Under the pieces are notes generated by a model, which saw only the letters and a list, made by a program, of their open reading frames with translations, did not search any database and was not told the origin of the DNA. A DNA stretch of 61,766 nucleotides, the filler included, from Catajapyx aquilonaris (lineage: Eukaryota), in NCBI GenBank assembly GCA_000934665.2. It is 2 parts of 2 records of this genome, joined end to end, with 100 filler letters (N's around TTAATTAATTAA, not from the genome) between each part and the next. Parts side by side here need not be neighbours in the genome. Positions count along the whole stretch, not along the records: positions 30,921 to 61,766 come from JYFJ02004622.1; 1 more part is not named here. One strand, 5' to 3'. A program made the translations under genes and the position numbers. Within the stretch, counting starts at the first letter, position 1. Every line of letters starts with the position of its first letter. Below are positions 54,501 through 61,766 of the stretch, one piece after another.

Positions 54501-57500
54501 GTAGTGTCCACGGATGTGACAAACTCTGTTTATTCCACGTAAAACGTGGTAAGTTTATAGGTTACTCCTTAGGTACTTTTAGTTCACATGAGTAAGCTCT
54601 TTGAACCTAATAGCACACGTACGTGAGCAAAAATTGAAATTTTAACTGCTTACCTACATTTACCAGGTGCCACAGACGTGATGCACTGATCTCGACACTT
54701 CACTAAATCTGACGTTTAGAGCAGAATAACACACCTTCAAGCAACCAAACCAACAGGTTTTTGATTCAGCTTCTCAATATGGCTGCATTAGCAAGCAAAA
54801 AAACCAAAACCCTGCACATTGCTGCTTCCTGGATGATTTTGGTTTTTGTCCACGGGCATGACGACAAACCTTGGGACAAAATTACTCTTGCTATAAAATC
54901 AATGCAATTTGGAACTTCAGGACAAAGGACTTCAGGACAAAGGATGCACTAGCCTTTACCTTCAGTATTCCTTTCTCCATTACTCTAATATGAAAAGTGA
55001 AATAACATCTTATGCCTTGCATAAAAATTGACAAAACTACGAAAGTGCAGGTTGGGACAAGCCATGGACGTGACATGTCACGCTCTGTGATCTAAAGAAA
55101 AATATGAAAGAATTTTCTCATTACATAATATTTGCTATGTGCCCTGTATTCTGCAAGTTGCAATCTTATTTCTTTGCATGTTATCTGGTTTTCAGATGTT
55201 ATATTAAGTCCAGAAATTAGCTGGGACATGAAATTGCAGGTTTTTTCACTATTTACCCATATATGACCATATATGATATGAAATTTTTTTTATTCCCCAC
55301 ACTTCATTGGTGAGAGAGGATGGAGAAAATGTGACATTTTTGGTCAGCTGCTATGTCTTGCACCAAGTGCCAATGTTAGCTCTGACTTGTGAGAGCAAAG
55401 TGGTGGAAACAGAGCAGCTGGTTGCTAAGTTGCATAGAAGAGCCCCGTTTGCAACTAGCAACCTTTTTGTAGCCCAAATACTGGAATTAATGTGTCCAAA
55501 ATTGTGGTTCCCTAGTGTATTTTAAAATTTCATAGGCCTTAACATTCATATCCAGCGTTGCAAAATTGTATATTTCATTAGATGTCAATTTTACTGGACA
55601 ATCAGCAGCTCTAAAAATTGGGCATTATCTGACATTGCTAGAAAAAATTAAATATAAATTACGAGGGCGGATCAATAAGTAACGTAAATAATTTAATTTA
55701 GGCAAAAGCTTAATAGATCGACAAAACTTAAGATATACATCGCGACCTTCCACCCTTTGGCTATTTTTCAACATGCGAACCGTTTCTGTTGATGCATTTG
55801 TCCCACTGTGGTACATCATTAAATGTGCCACGTTTTTAGAGCTCCGTTTTTTTGCCGTAAGACATTTTTTCTGGGCGTCCAGGACAATGCTGATCAGTAA
55901 TGTCTTCTCGGTCCTCAGAAAACAGCTTACACCATCTTGAAATGTTGCTACGGTCCAGGCATGTGTTCCCATACACTTCTGTCATGTCCTTGTCAATTTG
56001 GCTGGGAGTTTTGCCTTGCGCCCACAAAAGAGCACAGCAGCTTAATGCTCAATAAGGGTGGGCGATGCCAACACATTTGCCATCTTTGCTTGCTCGTTCT
56101 CTTTTGATGCACTTAGGGGCACCCTCATGCAGATGTGTACAGACCTGACCATGGACCTGACCATAAACTTAGCGACTTTCGTCTCTTTGCCTCCTTGAAA
56201 AAAAGGCCTTATGGCAAAAAACGGAGCTGTAAAAACATAGCATCTTTAACTATGTACCACAGTGGGACAAATGCATCAACAGAAACGGTTCATATGTTGA
56301 AAAATAACGAAAGGATGGAAGGTCACTATGTATATCTTAAGTTTTGTCTATCTATTAAAATTTTGCCTAAATTAAATTATTTGCGTTACTTATCGATCCG
56401 CCCTCGTATATACGGTTCCTGACAAACCTATGGTGATTTTGAATGGGAAAAAAACTACAGAACTGCAAAGTTCAGTGGCAGATTTTGAAAATACCAGAAT
56501 ATACAGGGTGTTTGTAACTAGTCCAGCCAATGGCCGTCAGCATATTCCTTGGGCCAAAACAAGTCGAAAATGTAGGGGGGAGAAATGTCGAAGGACCAAC
56601 CATTATCGAGGTAGATGTCCAGAAACAGTGGCCAGTGGTTGCTTATGGAGCAGGATATGAGCAGTGATAATCACTTATGTGAAAGAGGTGACCTTGCAAA
56701 TCCCAACAGTTGCGATTTTCACGCTCATATCCTGCTACTTCGGCAACCATTGACCAATGTTTCTGGTCAAGGTCATTTTAATGGTTGCTCCCTTGACATT
56801 TCTTCCCCCTACATTTTCGACTTCTTTTGGCTAAAGGAATATGCTGACAGCCATTGGCTGGATTAGTAACAAACACCCTGTATAGGACATAACTCAATGG
56901 GTGGAATTTTCGTAGTAATAATAATAATAATAATAATAATAATAGGGTTAGTGCACCGCCCTTCTTGGGCATCTGGCACAGTACCTTTATTATGCTTCAG
57001 ATGTACAAGCTTTACAAGTGGTCCTATTCCGTAACGCCCGGGTACCGCGAGCGAAGGGGGGATGAGTAGGAGGGGATGTGCAATGTGCAGTGCGATGTCT
57101 AAACTTGGTACATTTTGTGAACTCCCCCGGGTGGTTAGTCTCAAGGAATCCCACCCGAGACGAAGCCAGAGACGACCCAACTCTGCACGAGATAAAGGGG
57201 GGGATGCCCGGGCTTGGTATCGAACCCGGGACCCTTACATCCGTGGGCGCGTACGTTACCGCAGCGCCACTTCGCCTCCCCAAATTTTCGTAGTACTACT
57301 AGTTACTGCTAACTTAGCAGTACCAATGCATTACACTGGTACTGCTAAGTTAAAAGTAACTAGTAGTACGACGAAAATTCCACTCAATGTCACCTTGACA
57401 TCTTATATTATTAGGAACAACTTGCACTAAAAATTGTGGCAGTTCATGCCAAAAGGGATCTTGAAACACACTTTAGCTAATGAACATATGATTTATGTAT

Positions 57501-60500
57501 GAGGAACATGGAATGTTGCTCATTTGTGCCCTTAATATTACTCGTTTTCAGCAGAAGTTATAAGGGGAAAAAAACTTATTAATGTTATTATTGTTTCTTA
57601 GTAGTCTACAATATTGTTTTGCACAATATTATCAGTGTTTTTTTCAACACTTATGCATAGAAAACAAATTATAAACTGGTCCTTGCTTACACAGGTATTT
57701 GACAATACACCAGCTGCCAAAGAAGGCACCTTGCAGAGTGGAGATGAAATTATTGGAGTTGGAGCCACATCTGTCAAGGGGAAGACTAAGGTCGAAGTTG
57801 CTAAGATGATACAGGCATCCCAAGTAAGTTACGTCTTCATTAGTGGAATGAGAAGATATATACCATATGCACTTTTATTGCCTCTTTATTAATATCATGT
57901 CAGTTTGGTTAAGGATAATTATACTGGGTGGAAGTTTCAATTTCGATTTATGCAGAAAGTAGATCAGTGCTTCATTTCATGGAAAAACTGCTTTGTCATG
58001 CCCAGGAACACAGGTCCGAGACACGTCTTTTCTTGGCTTGTTCAAATTTTGCCTTCATGGGGATGGGGCTGTCCTTGCAAAGGGTTTCATAAGATTAGCC
58101 TGGCTTACCCGTAAAGTATTGGGCTGATTTTCAGCATTCTTGAGCCATCCCATCACCCTGTCAAGCATGTCACGCTAATGTGGGACCAACCCATGCATGT
58201 TCACTCATATTATCAAGCTCCCATATATTTCACTTCTTGTTGGGGGGAAAAAATCAGAATATGGAGGGAGGTTGGGAGCTAGCTGGACATTATTTTTGGT
58301 GGTGATAGGGTGGAGCAAGAAAGATGGAAATCAGTGTGGTATACTTTATGTATAAGCCAGGCTGATCTCAATCCTTTGTCTTGGACAGCCATGGTCTCAC
58401 TAATGCTAATAGTGAGATTTGAATGAGGCAAAGGGGAGGGAAGAGGCATGGCACACTATACACTACTGTATTGGTGAATACAATAATTTTTGTTCTTGTC
58501 TTGCTCCTTTTCCCATGGCAGTGTGGGATAAAGAGAATTTGGAAGTAAAATGCTTGCTAACTAACAACTGCAGAACCGAAATTTTTTGTGTGTAAGTGTA
58601 ACTGACCTCTCTCTTACACATGTTTGTGGTACTTTTTCCATACTATTAATATGGTATTTTAAAAAGTAATTTGCATTCGGGAGTTTACACCTACATGAAA
58701 TTTTAGGTGATGTCGTAACAAGCACCCAAAAATGTGCGAAAAATTGGTGCTCCTGACCAATAAAGCCGATTTTTATGTTTAGCTATAACCTTTTGGCAAA
58801 TAATAATTTTGTCAAAATTTGAGGACTACTAGCAGTTGGGAGAACCATAATTTTCACGGTTTTTATTGTGCGTAGAGGGAATGGTCAGCCGCAAACGCGA
58901 CCCTTCTTTTGTGTGGGGAGGGTGGGATCGAGTGTCTCCTGTTTCGGCCAGAGTTGGAACTCGAAAAAAGAACCAATTCTCTTGATCTCCCCCTTAAGAG
59001 TTTGAATATTGCAGCAGGGTGGGCCAGACTCAATTAAGCAGTTTTTGATTACATGTTATTTTTATTGATGAATGTTAATAATTGAAACGGTTACAAAAAT
59101 CGAATAACCCACACATAAGTCATTGATTTTCAAAGTAGTGGTTGACCTGGGCACCTGCTGAGTCTACACAGGCTTGCAGACGCAAAGCAACATTTTCACA
59201 CGCCTTCCTGCACATGTCAACCGGAACATTGTTGAATCCCTGAACAATTACCTGACGCAAATGTTGCTCACTGTCAATGGGATTAGCGTACACCTTATCC
59301 TTCAGGTAACCCCAAAGGAAAAAGTCTGGTGGGGTGAGATCGGGTGATCGGGCTGGCCTCTCCACGGGCCCTCGACGGCCAATCCAGCGTTCAGGATAAA
59401 CTTCATGCAGGAAAGCCCGTACAGTGTTGGCGAAGTCTGGTGGGGCACCATCTTGGTGCCACCACAGTTCATCAAAATTCTGCCTTTGCTGAAGTTCTGG
59501 GATGACAGTGTCCCTCAGCAACTCCAGGTAGGTTTCCCCCGTGACACGAAGAACGGGCCAATGAGTCCTTCGTACGTCACACCGCCCCACACCATCACTC
59601 CTGGGGATTGGAAATCATGTTCAATGGTCACACGGGGGTTATCACGCCGCCAAAACACTCAGTTGTGCCTGTTGACCGATCCTGACGTGTGAAATTTGGT
59701 CTCATCACTCCACACAATGTTCCGGATAAGGTCAGGGTTGTCTTGAAACTTGGTCAGCATCAACTCGGCGTCAGTTTCATGTCCCTCAAAACTATCCGCA
59801 AACTTGTCCTGGAAATGGCCACCAGGACCGACAAACTGCGGGTAGACTTGGATTTATCAGTAGAGGATGCCAGTTCCGCAGCAACACGTGCTTGTGTGTC
59901 TGCAGTTCGGACAATTCTCTGTTGACTGGGATGCTTGGGATTCACAGCACTGGCAATTTCATCAAACTGCTTGTTGATTCGGACAGACGATTGTGTACCT
60001 CTGGACTGCAGGCGGTCCAAACTCTGCCAGCATCCTGCGCTGGACTTCTGATGCATTGTTAGTAACTGAGAAGAGGCGCACACACCTCACGCGCTGCTTG
60101 ATCGACAACCTTCTTCCTGCCGGGATGTTTTCTCTACTGCATGCGCATAGCATTGAGCTCCTTCAGAGGATATGATGGAGCCATCTATCGACAACAAAAG
60201 GTACTTTGGCCCTGTACCTTTGGATGAATTGGTTATTTATTTATTAATGATCAAAAACTGCCTAATTGAGTCTGGCCCACCCTTACATGTACTGTACCAC
60301 AGAAAGTAACATTTGCAATCTGTGTCAGTTACTGGATCAACAAGGATTGTTGTGGAGTGCAAGCCTCACATTTTCTTTAAACTTACTAGTTAAATAGTCT
60401 ACCTTCAGTAATGATAATTATCATTAAAGGTAGACTATTTAACTAGTAAGAAAAAAGAACTTTTATGGTTATAACCATAAAAGTTATTTTTTCTTAGTGT

Positions 60501-61247
60501 CATATTTGAGGTTTAAAATGGGATGGGAGGGGTTGGATTTCAAAGTTGGGGCCTTCACAAAATTGGTTTAAGGTGCATTTCTTAGTTTATCTAGTTGGTA
60601 CTTGGTAGACTCCCTCCCAGTTGATAATTTCTTTCTGCCAAAGAAAAGTGGAGTTGCTTCTAGGGTAAGTCCCAAAGGTATGCAACACCATCATACACTA
60701 TAAGGCAAGATAGGCACTTAGCAACCAAAAATACTCTTGAGACACACAGAATGAAAAAAAAATTTACTGATTGCATGTGGTATGCTATGTGGATTCTACC
60801 AAGTTGGGAGATTCATAGAGGTGTGACACTACTTTTCAGAGTGATGTGACTATCAACTATAACAAACTTCATGCTGACCCAAAGCAAGGAAAGAGCTTGG
60901 ACATTGTTCTGAAGAAGGTGAAGCACCGCCTAGTGGAGAATATGAGTAGCACCACTGCAGATGCTTTAGGTCTCTCTCGTGCCATCCTTTGCAATGACAG
61001 CTTGGTGAGGAAACTACAGGAACTTGAGCAGACAGAGAGCATGTACAAAGGACTCGTGGATCATTCCAAACGAGTGCTGAAGGCCTTCTTTGAGCTTGCA
61101 CAAGTCTACAAAGCCTTTGGAGACACCTTCGCCTCTATTGGAGTCAGGGAGCCCCAGCCTAGGGCAAGTGAGGTCTTCTCCCAGTTCGGCGATTACCACA
61201 GGCAAATGGAGAAGTATGGAATCAAGATGATCAAGCTGCTCAAGCCG
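37889..61247 (+). CDS. PICK1: PRKCA-binding protein PICK1 (PDZ + BAR), 3'-partial; join(37889..37941,52120..52231,57695..57823,60840..61247)
   Basis: MAGMLDYEDDFFYEEDKMGMTVTSGNVCIKKDDSNLIGISIGGGAPLCPCVYIVQVFDNTPAAKEG...KGKTKVEVAKMIQ...YNKLHADPKQGKSLDIVLKKVKHRLVENMSSTTADALGLSRAILCND...IGVREPQPRASE. GT-AG introns with consistent phases. Confidence 0.96.
38890..39120 (-). mobile_element. Degenerate tRNA-derived SINE (further family)
   Basis: A box TGGTGTAATGG and central GGTTTTCTGAGGGTTCTCCTGTTTCCTCCCA motif typical of SINE central domains. Confidence 0.5.
40150..40620 (+). mobile_element. 5' relic of a Tc1/mariner (rosa/DD41D-like) element; inverted partner at 43003-43515
   Basis: TA-CAGGGTT start; AFVVETYFKNNESPVALQRMFRHHFGL...TIRWVKQF. 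Confidence 0.68.
41232..41830. mobile_element. pogo/Tigger-like MITE
   Basis: TA-CAGTAAAACTTCTATAAGT...ACTTGTAGAAGTTTTACTG-TA; internal TTCGA(C/G)TTA repeats. Confidence 0.8.
42190..42947 (+). mobile_element. SINE family A whose (TTA)n tail contains an inverted family B SINE
   Basis: TSD ATAATTTTGCG at 42178-42188 and 42948-42958 encloses both elements. Confidence 0.82.
42580..42904 (-). mobile_element. tRNA-derived SINE, family B
   Basis: Closely similar to 4459-4854; flanked by TTA/TTG microsatellite. Confidence 0.85.
43003..43515 (-). mobile_element. 5' relic of a rosa/DD41D-like element (inverted copy of 40150-40620)
   Basis: DTYFRNNKSPTALQRMFSQHFGLGRQDRISDHRMTIRWVKQF. Confidence 0.68.
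43634..44301. mobile_element. pogo-like MITE with nested CAGGGTG MITE (43835-44209)
   Basis: Outer TIR CTCCCAATTATCCGGG / CCCGGATAATTGGGAG; inner TA-CAGGGTGTTTCTTACTAG...CTAGTAAGAAACACCCTG-TA. Confidence 0.78.
44891..45230 (+). mobile_element. Chimeric SINE: family A head and body with family B-type tail
   Basis: Poly(A) end; TSD AC(A/T)GAACAAATT; tail ATGGTGGTAGTCCACCCCCCTAAAGG. Confidence 0.8.
46517..46800 (+). CDS. PICK1: Candidate alternative first coding exon of PICK1 (start uncertain: 46517, 46601 or 46643)
   Basis: Open frame ends ...PRLSLENK-AT|GTAAGT: consensus donor, same phase and same KM junction as exon 1 (EEDK-AT|GT). Confidence 0.55.
48096..50739. mobile_element. hAT-type non-autonomous element containing nested insertions
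   Basis: TIR CAGTGGTTCCCAAC / GTTAGGAACCACTG; 8-bp TSD (T/C)GCTATGC; nested TTAA MITE 48514-48798 and diverged palindrome ~48810-50120. Confidence 0.72.
48514..48798. mobile_element. piggyBac-like MITE
   Basis: TTAA-CCCTGGAACCGTGCCGTG...CACGGCACGGTTCCAGGG-TTAA. Confidence 0.85.
52120..52231 (+). CDS. PICK1: PICK1 exon 2 (PDZ, first half)
   Basis: TTCTTTCAG acceptor; NLIGISIGGGAPLCPCVYIVQ; GTAG donor. Confidence 0.94.
53206..53560 (+). mobile_element. tRNA-derived SINE, family B
   Basis: A/B boxes; tail TATCACGGGG; TSD ATCTTTTTATC on both sides. Confidence 0.82.
53973..54354. mobile_element. pogo/Tc2-like MITE
   Basis: TA-CCGTATTTACGCGC...GCGCGTAAATACGG-TA; internal TATAAGACGCAC repeats. 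Confidence 0.82.
55662..56406 (-). mobile_element. Mariner deletion derivative with about 200-bp TIRs
   Basis: TA-CGAGGGCGGATC...GATCCGCCCTCG-TA; relic WAQGKTPSQIDKDMTEVYG...SRWCKLF...PGRP. Confidence 0.85.
56504..56880. mobile_element. CAGGGTG palindromic MITE (same family as 43835-44209)
   Basis: TA-CAGGGTGTTTGT...ACAAACACCCTG-TA. Confidence 0.82.
56918..57281 (-). mobile_element. tRNA-derived SINE, family A, full length
   Basis: B box GGTTCGATACC; (TTA)n tail; 13-bp TSD AATTTTCGTAGTA at 56905-56917 and 57283-57295. Confidence 0.88.
57695..57823 (+). CDS. PICK1: PICK1 exon 3 (PDZ, second half)
   Basis: VFDNTPAAKEGTLQSGDEIIGV...KVEVAKMIQASQ; GTAAGT donor. Confidence 0.94.
59015..60283 (-). 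mobile_element. Full-length Tc1/mariner element of the rosa (DD41D) group, transposase disrupted
   Basis: TIR CAGGGTGGGCCAGACTCAATTA(A/G)GCAGTTTTTGAT at both ends; HQDGAP...WIGRRGP...SPDLTPPDFFLWGYLKDKVY with 41 residues between the second and third catalytic D. Confidence 0.88.
59120..60125 (-). pseudogene. DD41D transposase pseudogene (frameshifts/stops)
   Basis: Split across ORFs 59962-60153, 59760-60083 and 59120-59590. Confidence 0.82.
60382..60496. repeat. Two abutting AT-rich palindromes
   Basis: CTTACTAGTTAAATAGTCTACCTT...AAGGTAGACTATTTAACTAGTAAG and TAAGAAAAAA.AACTTTTATGGTTA/TAACCATAAAAGTT.TTTTTTCTTA. Confidence 0.8.
60840..61247 (+). CDS. PICK1: PICK1 exon 4 (linker and start of BAR domain)
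   Basis: SDVTINYNKLHADPKQG...MIKLLKP; TTTTCAG acceptor, GTACAA donor; 408 nt. Confidence 0.93.
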
Positions 61248-61766
61248 GTACAATAATTGATTTGCTTATCCTTTCAATTGGAGAATATATGCAGGTGGGG
61301 TCTCACAAATGCAAGACACCACAATATTGTATTAGGCCAATCCATGGTCGAGGAGTGTGTATACAGGGTGAAGGGAAACTCACGCCAAATTGCCAGGTAG
61401 ACTGATAGTACTCGCCAAACTAATATAAGAATGTCCAATTACTTTTTGGCTCCGTTGCGCAGTTAATGTGTAGGGCATCCTTAAATTGTAGAAGGCCGGA
61501 TGGTACAATACGAGGTAAAAACGACCAAGTGCACGGGTGTCGTATCCGAATGCTTAGTCTGACGGGATTTGATTGCCTTTTACACATGGACGATGTGTTA
61601 GGGGACCGGCAAGGAACCGGAGGCACTCAAACTGACTTTTGCTTTTCAGAAGCTGGCAGACCGAATGTGACGTCACGAAACTTTGACGACACAGTACGCA
61701 TTAACTACGCAACAGAGCGCCCAAAACTAATTGCACATCCCTATCAGGCGCGAATCGGGGGGGGGG

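Overview
Eukaryotic, intron-rich, arthropod-like genomic DNA; no prokaryotic operon, CRISPR array or rRNA is visible. The window is two separate assembly pieces joined by an artificial 100-nt spacer (44 N + TTAATTAATTAA + 44 N, 30821-30920), so gene order across that point is not evidence of linkage. Left piece: a complete 3-exon PGRMC/MSBP (cytochrome b5-like membrane steroid-binding protein) gene on the minus strand and the last five coding exons of UBE3A/E6AP (HECT E3 ligase) on the minus strand. Right piece: a short VPS37-family (ESCRT-I Mod(r) domain, VPS37A-like C-terminus) gene on the minus strand, head-to-head with PICK1 (plus strand, first four coding exons) across a compact DRE/CRE-containing bidirectional promoter. 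Introns and intergenic DNA are packed with Tc1/mariner, pogo, piggyBac-like, hAT, Harbinger-like and Sola-like non-autonomous elements (many long palindromes) and at least four tRNA-derived SINE families. The most interesting signals are an apparently UEV-less VPS37A-like gene, a candidate alternative first coding exon of PICK1, SINE head/tail module swapping, a MITE-built PGRMC upstream region and a near-perfect 1.18-kb foldback. I found no convincing wholly new biological system. All family assignments are from motif recognition by eye, not database searches.
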